Shown here one piece after another: positions 17,953 to 26,871 of a stretch of 34,332 bases of DNA (its first letter is position 1; each line of letters begins with the position of its first letter). Source of the stretch: Candidatus Ancaeobacter aquaticus (lineage in GTDB: Bacteria > Auribacterota > Ancaeobacteria > Ancaeobacterales > Ancaeobacteraceae); contig JAVCCP010000049.1 in the NCBI GenBank assembly GCA_030765405.1, forward strand, positions 1 through 34,332. The letters run 5' to 3'. Below the pieces are notes generated by a model. It was given only the letters and a program-made list of their open reading frames with translations, had not been told where the DNA came from and made no database searches. The translations under genes were made by a program, and so were the position numbers.

Positions 17953-18029
17953 ATAAGGTATAGAGTTACGTTTCTAATAATCGATGTATGGTTGTAATAA
18001 AATGTAAAAAGGTATATTAAGGTATATTC

Positions 18030-20267
18030 ATGAAATTAAGATATGTTATTTTGGCTTGTTTTATAGTAATCAGTAGCGGGAGCGATCTTTATGCCCGCGA
18101 TTGGTTATGGACCCCTGAAAGCGGTAAATGGATAAGTGAAAGAGATATTGAGAAACGTTCCGCACGTGTTCGGTATGAGAAGGCTCGTCAGCTTGAAGAA
18201 GAGGGGAGTATTAAGCAAGCACTCCGTGAATATGCTAGACTTGTTAAACTCTATCCAACATCAGTCTATTCTCCTGAAGCGCAATACATTATAGGTCTCT
18301 ATAAAGAGGCTGACAGTAGTTATTATAAGGCGTTTAAAGAATACGAAAAAGTGATAAATAATTATCCTTCCTATAAAAGATTTTTGGAGATCATTGAGCG
18401 TGAATATGCTCTGGGAAATCTATTTCTTTCGGGAGAAAAAGCAAAAGTAATGGGTATAAAGATGCTTCCTGCTATGGATAAATCAGTTGAGATATTCGAT
18501 CATATTGTCCGTAAAGCACCATATAGTTCTTTTGCTCCGCGAGCGCAGTTTAATATTGGTGAGGCGTACAGAAAAATTAAACGTTATTCAGAAGCCATTC
18601 CTGCATATAATAAAGTCGTGGTAAATTATCCTGAGTCGAAGCTCGTAATGATGTCAGAGTATTATATCGGTATATGCGGGTATGAGAGGTCTTTGGATGC
18701 TAAATATGATCAAACGGGTACGAATATTTCGATCACTTCGATGAAAAGATTTTTAAAGAAATTCTCGCGCAGTAAAAAAGCGGGTGCTGTACGGAAAAAC
18801 TTAGATTTGCTTTTGGAGAGAAAAGCGAAAAAATCATTTGAAGTCGCTAAATATTATGAAAGAGATAAGTGTGAAGAAGGTGCAATTATTTATTACCAAG
18901 ATGTGATCAATGATTACCCGGGCACAAAACTCGCACAAGAGGCAGAAAACCGTATTGATCATATAATAGCCAATCCAATAGGAACAGGTGGGAAGAAAAG
19001 CTTTCTTGCGTCTATCCCATTTATAAAGAAACTTGTACAAAAACCAGAAGAAGAATATGAAGAAAGAGCCTTGGAAAAAGATCCTTTCAAGAAAAAACAA
19101 GCGGCTCAAAAAAAGAAGTTCTGGGAATTCTGGAAAAAATCCGAAAAAGCTGTTGCCGTAGAGCAAAAAGAGGATGCGAAAAAGGTTAAACCTGTTGCAG
19201 TGGCTAAAGGGAAGAAACAGTTCTGGGAGTTTTGGAAAAAATCCGATGCGGCAGCTTCGAAAGATGTAGAACCGGTTGTTGTTGCAAAGAAAAAGAAACA
19301 ACAGAAAAAACAATTTTGGGAAATCTGGAAAAAGACACCTCCAGCCGAGACTGAAAAAGAAGAAGAGGTTCCAAATGTAGGGATAACAGGTCGTGACGGA
19401 GCGTTAACGATGCGGGAACTGGGAGCTTCTGAAGAAGAAGACCAAATATCACAAGAGCCGACCCAAACGATGACTTCATATGAAGATTCAGGCTATTTGC
19501 TACCTAAAAAAGCAGGGACGGAAATTGCTCAGGCATCTGTTGATTCAGAAGAATCTGAGTATATCCCTAGTGATGAGGAAATTGAAGCGGAACTGATGAG
19601 CAATGAACCTATTAGATCTGAAGATTTTGATGAATCCTCTATACCAGCTAAAGATACTGCTGTTTCTCTGCAGGAAGAATTTGATGAAGTTGTAGTCGAA
19701 AAAGATGATATACCGAGTGTGGTCAAAGATGCCGCACAGAAGATTTCCGATGGTGAATCTATTTCCGTAGAGGATGTTCTGGAAGCGAGAGATGCTCGTA
19801 CGGGTGCCTCTCCGGCATCACGTATATCTAAAGTTGATGATAGTATTGCACCTCTGATGTCAGATGATTATGAAGAAGAAGTTGATGAAGCGGCATTTGA
19901 TGAAGAAGTACCTGCCGAAATACCGATAGAGTTTGATCTTGCTCAAATATCAGACTTGAAATTAGTTGAATCTGATAAGGGTAAAAAGATGGTATTTGCA
20001 ACAAACAAAGCGATTGATTTTGTCTCTTATCGTCTTGAAAATCCTACTCGTTTGATGATAGCAATGAAATCACCGACATATTCAAGTCTTGATAGTGTTA
20101 TTACCGTAGATGCGGCAGGCGTTAAAACTGTTAGAAGTCATTATCGGACAAAAGAAGAAGGACATGTCGGCTGGCAGGTAAATGCAATTGTTCTTGATTT
20201 TGACGATAATATTAAGTACAAAGTTTCAAGCAATGAGAATGCAATAACGATTGAGTTAAAACAATGA
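18030..20267 (+). CDS. bamD: Outer membrane protein assembly factor BamD fused to low-complexity repeats and a C-terminal AMIN-like domain
   Basis: TPR/YfiO pattern (YPTS.YSPEAQY, A.FNIG..Y, D.KYDQT.T, F...F..S, A.K.FE.AKYY, A.IYY..V...YP.T) followed by three FWExWKK repeats, an acidic linker and an AMIN-like end (Y.LENP.RL.I). Confidence 0.85.
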   Translation: MKLRYVILACFIVISSGSDLYARDWLWTPESGKWISERDIEKRSARVRYEKARQLEEEGSIKQALREYARLVKLYPTSVYSPEAQYIIGLYKEADSSYYKAFKEYEKVINNYPSYKRFLEIIEREYALGNLFLSGEKAKVMGIKMLPAMDKSVEIFDHIVRKAPYSSFAPRAQFNIGEAYRKIKRYSEAIPAYNKVVVNYPESKLVMMSEYYIGICGYERSLDAKYDQTGTNISITSMKRFLKKFSRSKKAGAVRKNLDLLLERKAKKSFEVAKYYERDKCEEGAIIYYQDVINDYPGTKLAQEAENRIDHIIANPIGTGGKKSFLASIPFIKKLVQKPEEEYEERALEKDPFKKKQAAQKKKFWEFWKKSEKAVAVEQKEDAKKVKPVAVAKGKKQFWEFWKKSDAAASKDVEPVVVAKKKKQQKKQFWEIWKKTPPAETEKEEEVPNVGITGRDGALTMRELGASEEEDQISQEPTQTMTSYEDSGYLLPKKAGTEIAQASVDSEESEYIPSDEEIEAELMSNEPIRSEDFDESSIPAKDTAVSLQEEFDEVVVEKDDIPSVVKDAAQKISDGESISVEDVLEARDARTGASPASRISKVDDSIAPLMSDDYEEEVDEAAFDEEVPAEIPIEFDLAQISDLKLVESDKGKKMVFATNKAIDFVSYRLENPTRLMIAMKSPTYSSLDSVITVDAAGVKTVRSHYRTKEEGHVGWQVNAIVLDFDDNIKYKVSSNENAITIELKQ
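19119..19337 (+). repeat. Three coding repeats FWE(F/I)WKK(S/T) within BamD
   Basis: Copies at 19119-19142, 19221-19244 and 19314-19337, spaced 34 and 31 aa; copies 2 and 3 are preceded by a V.PV.VAK segment and all three by a Lys cluster. Confidence 0.9.
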
Positions 20268-20770
20268 AAAAAAGATTTTCACTCTATGCAATATGTTTTT
20301 TATGTGTGATGAGCATTGTTGGCTGTGGTTATCAGCTTGGATCAATCAAGGTTGGAGATAAAGATAATCTCCATATACCTATATTTAAAAATAATACCAA
20401 TACATATGGTATCGAAGGGTTAGTTACTGAAGCAGTTATAAACAGGTTATTGGTGGATGGCAGCTATAAGATCGTCGGTAAAGATCAGGCTGACTATATA
20501 TTAGATGGTGAAATCATTGAATACAGGCGTGATGCGAATGTGTTTGATAGAGCTGATGTGCCGGGAGAATTCAGGATAACGATTACTGCTCGGCTGACTT
20601 TGAAGGATGCTAAGACAGGAAAGGTTATATGGACTGCTAGTGATGCATATGGAGAAGCAAATTATGCTCGTGGGGCATACCAACTTGAGTCTGAAAGAGC
20701 TTCCTGGCCCGCTGTTACAGAAGATTTAGCGCGAGATATCACAGAAAAAATTTCTGATGGTGGTTGGTGA
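20264..20770 (+). CDS. lptE: LPS assembly lipoprotein LptE-like
   Basis: Lipobox IVGC followed by GYQL; HIPIF.N.T, AD.ILDG.I and RIT.TA.LTL.D..TGKVIW motifs; located upstream of holA; ATGA overlap with the bamD stop. Confidence 0.85.
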   Translation: MKKRFSLYAICFLCVMSIVGCGYQLGSIKVGDKDNLHIPIFKNNTNTYGIEGLVTEAVINRLLVDGSYKIVGKDQADYILDGEIIEYRRDANVFDRADVPGEFRITITARLTLKDAKTGKVIWTASDAYGEANYARGAYQLESERASWPAVTEDLARDITEKISDGGW

Positions 20771-20825
20771 TTGTTTTATTTTAATCGATTCCATGTACTT
20801 TATGCAGTAAAAACCCTCAATTATT

Positions 20826-21803
20826 ATGGATGCAGTAGGACTTAAAAAGCAAGTTAAAGCACAGACCATTTCGTCACTCTACGTCCTTTCCGGCCCAGAG
20901 ACACTTCTCAAGAATGATGCGTTTCTATACCTAAAAAAGCATGTAGTTACCGATGATTTATCTTATGAAAAATATAATGGTAAAGAAACGAAATTTTCAA
21001 CTATCGTTGACAATGCATCTATGATGCCATTTTTTGGCGAGAAGAAACTTATCTATGTAGAAGAAGCCGATTCAATATTGAAAGAAGTTGATGATCTCAT
21101 AGCATATCTCAAAGAACCATCTCCGTACGCCTGTATAGTGTTGTGTGTTAAAAACGTTGATAAAAGAACAAAAATATGTAAAGAGCTTGAAAAGAAAAAC
21201 ATTCTTATTGTCTGTAATACACTGTATCCCAATCAGGCGAAAGAATGGTTGTCAGGGTATGTGAAAAAAAATGACCGCTATATGGATAGTGATGCCCTTG
21301 ATCTTTTACTAGACAACGTAGGTATGATGCTCGAAGATTTAGTGTCTGAAGTAGATAAGATAATGATTTATGCAGGAGAAAGAAAGAAAATAGTCAGATC
21401 TGATGTGGAGGCGCTTGGTGTTTCAATGAAAACGGAAGATGTTTTTGAGCTTACCAATGCGATAGGGAACAAAGATAAGAAAAATGCGATACGGATCTTG
21501 ATAAAATTGTTAGACGAAGGTAAACAGGCGCCTGAAATAATTGGCCTATTACGGTGGCAACTTGTGAGGTTGTTTGGTGCCGGTGAGATGATGGATTCTG
21601 GATGTAATCAGAAGGAAATCGCCTCACATTATCGTGTTCATCCCAGGTATGCCGGCGGATTTATTGAGAACACGAAACAATACAAGAAATCTAATAAGGT
21701 TACTCAATTTGAAGCGTTGTTACATGCGGATATGTCGTTTAAAAGTGGTTTAAGCGATGAACGTGGGGCGCTCATGTCTTTGATGTTATCATTGTGTAGA
21801 TAA
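20826..21803 (+). CDS. holA: DNA polymerase III subunit delta
   Basis: YVL.GPE.LL, SMMPFFGEKKLI, L..EVDK...Y and VFEL.NAI...D motifs; lptE-holA-rpsT synteny. Confidence 0.9.
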   Translation: MDAVGLKKQVKAQTISSLYVLSGPETLLKNDAFLYLKKHVVTDDLSYEKYNGKETKFSTIVDNASMMPFFGEKKLIYVEEADSILKEVDDLIAYLKEPSPYACIVLCVKNVDKRTKICKELEKKNILIVCNTLYPNQAKEWLSGYVKKNDRYMDSDALDLLLDNVGMMLEDLVSEVDKIMIYAGERKKIVRSDVEALGVSMKTEDVFELTNAIGNKDKKNAIRILIKLLDEGKQAPEIIGLLRWQLVRLFGAGEMMDSGCNQKEIASHYRVHPRYAGGFIENTKQYKKSNKVTQFEALLHADMSFKSGLSDERGALMSLMLSLCR

Positions 21804-21863
21804 ATCCCGTTATTAAGACACATGCCATTAACAGGAGTTGAAAAGTATTTAATGGTTTAAAAT

Positions 21864-21896
21864 GAAAAAGGGCACTCCAGTTTATTGGGGTGCCCT
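21864..21896 (-). terminator. Rho-independent terminator of rpsT (possibly bidirectional with holA)
   Basis: Minus strand AGGGCACCCCA-ataaac-TGGAGTGCCCT followed by TTTT-CATTTT; the plus-strand version pairs fully with one G.U. Confidence 0.8.
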
Positions 21897-21921
21897 AAGT
21901 ATGTATGTAATGTAATATAAA

Positions 21922-22191
21922 CTACTTTTTAACCGCTTTGTTGAGTTTTTTCACTACTCTTGATTTTTTACGAGCCGCAGTATTATCGTGAATAACTCCT
22001 TTTTTCGATGCCTTATCAAATGCACTTGTAATTTTTGGCAAATAGGCTTGTGCTTCCTCAATCTTGTTATCCTCGATAAGGCCTAAGAATGTATTAACAA
22101 TAGTTTTGAGCGAGCTCTTCACTGCTGTGTTTCGTACGTGACGTATTTTTGATTGCCGTAATCGTTTTAATGCTGATTTCTGCTGTGGCAT
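21922..22191 (-). CDS. rpsT: 30S ribosomal protein S20
   Basis: KSALKR.RQ.....RN...KS.LKT, DKA..KGVIH.N.AARKKSR motifs; 89 aa; GGAGG SD. Confidence 0.98.
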   Translation of the reverse strand: MPQQKSALKRLRQSKIRHVRNTAVKSSLKTIVNTFLGLIEDNKIEEAQAYLPKITSAFDKASKKGVIHDNTAARKKSRVVKKLNKAVKK

Positions 22192-22259
22192 TCATATCCT
22201 CCATGTTATACTATATTTATACGTTATAAGAATATGAAAAATAACAAAGAGAAGACTAT

Positions 22260-23738
22260 ATGTCAAGTCATTTTATCAAGGAAAACATAAAAGACAAGCT
22301 AAAAAAGGTTCCTGATTCTCCGGGTATATACTTTATGCGGGGCAAGCACGGGGAGATTTTATATATTGGTAAAGCCCTTTCCCTTAGAAAGAGGGTACGC
22401 TCGTATTTTAAGAATATAGCACGGTTAGATACTAAAACGAGGTCATTGGTTAAAGAAATCGTTGATTTTGAGTGCATTTTGGTGAAAAGTGAAGAGGAGG
22501 CGCTAATCCTTGAAGCACGGCACATACGTGAATACTTACCAAAGTATAATATTGCTTTGAGAGATGATAAGCGCTATCCAATGATACGTGTATCCGTACA
22601 GGAACAATATCCGCGGATCTCAATAGTCAGGTTTAAAAAAGATGATGGGGCACGATACTTCGGGCCTTTTACTGATTCCGGCGGGGTGAGAAAAATAGTC
22701 GAGTTGCTCTATACTCTTTTTAAATTACGACGCTGTAGGTATGTTACCTTAAAAAAAGCGCATGCGAAACATTGCCTATATTGTAAAATTGATGCCTGCT
22801 TAAAGCCCTGCATAGATGCTGTTTCTGAGGATGATTATAGAGCTCATATCAAAAATGCCATATTGCTTTTGTCAGGCGCGACAAAAAAACTTTTGCATAG
22901 TTTAGAGCACGAGATGAAAAAAGCATCTCAAAGGCGTGAGTACGAACGTGCGGCACAAGTGCGTGACACGATCCGTGCATTGACAGGTACGATTAAAGCG
23001 CATGCACGAAATATTAATATATATAAAAGAATGGCGTCTCATTTGGCACAGGGGGTAGAGGAGTTACAAGAAAAATTAGAATTACCATATTCCCCAAACA
23101 CTATTGAGGCAATAGACATTTCAAACATCACTGGTGTATGCGCTGTTGGTTCAGTGGTTGTATTTAAGCAAGGACGTCCGTACAAGAAAGGGTATAGGCG
23201 ATATCAAATTAGAGAAGTTGAAGGAATTGATGATTATAGCATGATTCGAGAGGTGGTAAGAAGACGTTATGCAATAGCTCAAGATGATAAAAAAGATATG
23301 CCGGATTTTGTATTTATCGATGGGGGCAAGGGACATTTGCAAGCTGCTTTGAAGGAAGCAAGGAAACACAGCATTAATCCTGTTCTATTTATGAGTATTG
23401 CAAAACGAAACGAGGAAATATTCGTTCCAAAGAGAAAAACACCAATTTGTTTGGAAAGAGGTTCTTCATCACTCCTTTTAGTACAGCACGTGCGTGATGA
23501 GGCACATAGATTTGCCCTTCAGTATCATAGGAAGTTGCGCCGCAAACGTATCAAAGAATCAATACTTGATGATATTTCCGGTGTTGGCGAAAAGCGAAAA
23601 CGTAATCTGTTGTCGCGCTTTGGTTCAATTGACGCACTTAAAGGTAAAACAGCTTGCGAGATTGCTGAAGCGCCCTCAATAGATATGAATCTTGCTCGCG
23701 TGATTTATGAGTATATTCATAAGGGGGTTACGAAATAA
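22260..23738 (+). CDS. uvrC: Excinuclease ABC subunit C (compact form)
   Basis: GIY-YIG (PGIY...LYIGKA..LRKRV.SYF), four-Cys cluster, UVR motif (YERAA..RD), RNase H-like (IEAIDISN, DDY.MI.EV..RRY, IDGGKG, RDEAHRFA) and HhH (GVGEKRK..LL..FGS). Confidence 0.97.
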   Translation: MSSHFIKENIKDKLKKVPDSPGIYFMRGKHGEILYIGKALSLRKRVRSYFKNIARLDTKTRSLVKEIVDFECILVKSEEEALILEARHIREYLPKYNIALRDDKRYPMIRVSVQEQYPRISIVRFKKDDGARYFGPFTDSGGVRKIVELLYTLFKLRRCRYVTLKKAHAKHCLYCKIDACLKPCIDAVSEDDYRAHIKNAILLLSGATKKLLHSLEHEMKKASQRREYERAAQVRDTIRALTGTIKAHARNINIYKRMASHLAQGVEELQEKLELPYSPNTIEAIDISNITGVCAVGSVVVFKQGRPYKKGYRRYQIREVEGIDDYSMIREVVRRRYAIAQDDKKDMPDFVFIDGGKGHLQAALKEARKHSINPVLFMSIAKRNEEIFVPKRKTPICLERGSSSLLLVQHVRDEAHRFALQYHRKLRRKRIKESILDDISGVGEKRKRNLLSRFGSIDALKGKTACEIAEAPSIDMNLARVIYEYIHKGVTK

Positions 23739-23778
23739 TATGGACAAGCCCTTTTGTGTAAGAAAACTCATTTCTTTA

Positions 23779-23807
23779 TTGCGTCATCCGCTTCTTTTTA
23801 ATAACAT
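23779..23807 (+). promoter_or_regulatory. Putative sigma70 promoter of secA
   Basis: TTGCGT (23779-23784), 17 nt, TAACAT (23802-23807). Confidence 0.4.
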
Positions 23808-23846
23808 TATCGGACTGATTATACAATAAGAGAAAGGTTTATATAC

Positions 23847-26800
23847 ATGGTAGGAAATATATTAAAATTGCTTTTTGGAACAAAATTCGAAAGAGACGTA
23901 AAAAAGTTTACTCCCGTTGTCCAAAAGATCAATGAAATCGAAGAGTCGTATCAATCATTGCCAGATGATGATGTGCGGGCAAAAACTGATGAATTTAAGA
24001 AACGACTCGCTGAAGGTGAAACACTCGATGATATTATGCCGGAAGCATTTGCAACGGTAAAAAATGTATGTCGTCGTTTGTGTGGAACCTCATGGGATGT
24101 CTGTGATCACCCTGTCGCCTGGGATATGGTGCCTTTTGATGTACAGCTCATTGGCGCGATAGTGCTCCATAAAGGTAAAATTGCGGAAATGGCTACGGGT
24201 GAAGGTAAAACACTTGTTGCAACAATGCCTCTTTATCTCAATGTTCTCTCAGGGAAAAATGCTCATCTTGTGACAGTGAATGATTATCTTGCTAAACGTG
24301 ACAGCGAGTGGATGGGGAAAGTATATGAAATGCTTGGTGTCACTGTTGGTTGTATTCAGCATGATATGAGTCCTCAAGAGCGTAAAGCGGAGTATGCTAA
24401 AGATATTACCTATGGAACAAATAGTGAGTTTGGTTTTGATTATCTTCGCGATAATGGTCTTGCTCTTTCATATGAAGATTGTGTCCAACGCGGGCATAAT
24501 TATGCCATTGTCGATGAGGTAGATAGTATTCTTATTGACGAAGCACGAACACCACTTATTATTTCCGGACCCTCATCAGTTTCTTCACATGTATATGACA
24601 AACTCAAACCTGTTGTACAGGACCTTGTTCGTAAACAGACATTATTATGTAATAGATTATTAAAAGAAGTGAAAGAACAATATGATAAAGAAGGCATCAC
24701 GGGCGAAAATGAAGAAATTATAGGAAAAAAATTGTTTCAGGTCCAAATCGGTACACCAAGAAATAAGCCGCTTTCAAAAATGATCGAAAATCCTCAAATT
24801 AGGAGATTGATGGATAAAATAGATGGTGAGTTTCACAGTGATTTACGTAAAAAAGATCTCCCGGTAATAAAAGAAGAAATGTTGTATATAATAGAAGAAA
24901 AACAGCACTCTGTTGATTTGACCGAAAAAGGCAGAGATACAATCAGTCCCGGTAAGCCTGAAGAATATATGTTGCCTGACATTATTACCATGTACCAGGA
25001 AATTGATGGTAATGAAGCTTTTTCAGATGATGAAAAAGAAGTAAAAAAGCAGGAACTGCAGACATATTTTGATACGCTGAGTGAGCGCATACACAATCTA
25101 TCACAATTGTTGCGCGCATATTCGCTGTTTGAAAAAGATGTAGAATATGTTGTTCAGGATAATCGCGTGATGATAGTTGATGAATTTACCGGGAGACTCA
25201 TGCCGGGAAGACGATATAGTGACGGATTGCATCAAGCGCTTGAAGCAAAAGAAGGTGTCGAAATTGAACGCGAAACACAAACATTTGCGACAATCACTAT
25301 ACAAAATTATTTTCGTATGTATGATAAGCTTGCCGGTATGACCGGTACCGCAGTAACTGAGGCGAATGAATTTAGCCAGACTTATAAATTAGATGTGTGC
25401 GTTATTCCTACAAATAGACCTATTATGCGAAAAGATAATCAGGATGTCATCTATAAAACAAAGAGAGAGAAGTACAATGCTATTGTTGATGATATAGCTT
25501 CTTCGTATTCGGAAGGTCAACCGGTTCTCGTTGGTACGGTATCCGTTGAATCATCAGAAGTCTTAAGTAGATTGCTGAAAAGGAGAGCTGTTCCTCATAA
25601 TGTTCTTAATGCAAAATACCATCAGAAGGAAGCAGAAATTGTATCGCTTGCTGGCCAACGCGGGGCGGTAACAATTGCGACTAATATGGCTGGTCGTGGT
25701 ACGGATATAAAACTTGGGCCTGGTGTCTTGATGAAAGATGAAAAGACTGAAGACGTTTCCGGGGGCTTATGTGTTATCGGAACGGGAAGGCATGAAGCGA
25801 GGCGCATTGATCTTCAGCTGAGAGGTCGTTGTGCACGTCAAGGTGATCCGGGGCAATCACGCTTTTATGTATCATTAGAAGATGATCTCATGCGTCTTTT
25901 TGGGTCAGATAAGATCGCTCGCGTTATGGAACGTATTGGTATTGAAGAGGGACAGGAATTAACACATCCTCTTCTAAGCCGTTCTATTGAAACAGCGCAG
26001 AAACGTGTTGAAGAGAGAAATTTCTCAATACGTAAACATACATTAGAATATGACGATGTGATGAACAAGCAGAGAGAGGTGATCTATAATTATCGTATGC
26101 AGGTACTTGAAAATGAAGACCTAAAAGAACTTTTAGATGAAATGATAGATGAAGTTTTGGAAGAAACAATTGAAGAATACGCTTCGGATAAAACTCATCC
26201 ATCTGAATGGGATATCGAAGGGTTGTGCAGCTGGTTTAATCAGACATTTCGTGCTGTTATCACCTATAACCCTGAGGAAAATTATAGTAAAAGTGAATTG
26301 AACGAAAACTTCCGTAGCGAGATAGACAAGTTGTATGTGCTTAAGGTTAAGTATGAAGGCGAAGAAATGGTTCAGCGTCTCCTTCAGTATGTTAAACTTA
26401 CCACGATTGACCGCCTGTGGCAGGAACATTTGTATAATATGGATTCTCTGAGAGAAGGTATTGGGTTAAGGGCGTATGGACAGACCGATCCGTTGATTGC
26501 CTATAAGCAGGAAGCGTTTACCATGTTTTCTGAGATGATGAGTAATATTAAGACTGATATTGTCAGCTCTTTCTTTAAAGTCGCCATGTATGTGCCGAAA
26601 GAGGAAGAAACACGACGAAAGGTGCCTACTCAATTAATTCATCAGGAAGTATCAGGGTTAGAAATGAGTTCTGAAGAACAGATGGAACGTGCCGGTCAAG
26701 CTCAAGAGTCAAGACATGGCGCGATGAGACCTGAAGGGGCCGCACTTACTCCGGTAAAACGTGAAAGTGAAAAGATTGGAAGGAACGATCCGTGTCCTTG

Positions 26801-26849
26801 CGGTAGTGGTAAAAAATACAAGAAATGTTGTGGCGCGGGAAATTCTTAA
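23847..26849 (+). CDS. secA: Preprotein translocase subunit SecA (long form)
   Basis: EMATGEGKT, VTVNDYLA.RD, DEVDSILIDEARTPLIISG, TNMAGRGTDIKL, QLRGR..RQGDPG and C-terminal SEC-C GRNDPCPCGSGKKYKKCC. Confidence 0.99.
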   Translation: MVGNILKLLFGTKFERDVKKFTPVVQKINEIEESYQSLPDDDVRAKTDEFKKRLAEGETLDDIMPEAFATVKNVCRRLCGTSWDVCDHPVAWDMVPFDVQLIGAIVLHKGKIAEMATGEGKTLVATMPLYLNVLSGKNAHLVTVNDYLAKRDSEWMGKVYEMLGVTVGCIQHDMSPQERKAEYAKDITYGTNSEFGFDYLRDNGLALSYEDCVQRGHNYAIVDEVDSILIDEARTPLIISGPSSVSSHVYDKLKPVVQDLVRKQTLLCNRLLKEVKEQYDKEGITGENEEIIGKKLFQVQIGTPRNKPLSKMIENPQIRRLMDKIDGEFHSDLRKKDLPVIKEEMLYIIEEKQHSVDLTEKGRDTISPGKPEEYMLPDIITMYQEIDGNEAFSDDEKEVKKQELQTYFDTLSERIHNLSQLLRAYSLFEKDVEYVVQDNRVMIVDEFTGRLMPGRRYSDGLHQALEAKEGVEIERETQTFATITIQNYFRMYDKLAGMTGTAVTEANEFSQTYKLDVCVIPTNRPIMRKDNQDVIYKTKREKYNAIVDDIASSYSEGQPVLVGTVSVESSEVLSRLLKRRAVPHNVLNAKYHQKEAEIVSLAGQRGAVTIATNMAGRGTDIKLGPGVLMKDEKTEDVSGGLCVIGTGRHEARRIDLQLRGRCARQGDPGQSRFYVSLEDDLMRLFGSDKIARVMERIGIEEGQELTHPLLSRSIETAQKRVEERNFSIRKHTLEYDDVMNKQREVIYNYRMQVLENEDLKELLDEMIDEVLEETIEEYASDKTHPSEWDIEGLCSWFNQTFRAVITYNPEENYSKSELNENFRSEIDKLYVLKVKYEGEEMVQRLLQYVKLTTIDRLWQEHLYNMDSLREGIGLRAYGQTDPLIAYKQEAFTMFSEMMSNIKTDIVSSFFKVAMYVPKEEETRRKVPTQLIHQEVSGLEMSSEEQMERAGQAQESRHGAMRPEGAALTPVKRESEKIGRNDPCPCGSGKKYKKCCGAGNS

Positions 26850-26871
26850 TTATCTTTTAACTCTTGTATAG

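Noticed and set aside
18030..18062. Lipobox at ILAC in BamD
   Set aside because: The Cys is at residue 10, before the hydrophobic stretch ends, and the -2 residue is non-canonical; an SPase I site (LYA) fits better. SignalP is needed to settle it.
19119..19337. CRISPR-like spaced repeats (similar 24-nt units about 100 nt apart)
   Set aside because: The copies are in frame, differ at synonymous sites and encode a protein repeat; no cas genes are present and the spacing is not CRISPR-like.
25771..25800. SecA motif GTGRHEA instead of GTERHES
   Set aside because: From recall, this position varies in long-form SecA proteins, and all core ATPase motifs are intact, so it is not evidence of inactivation.
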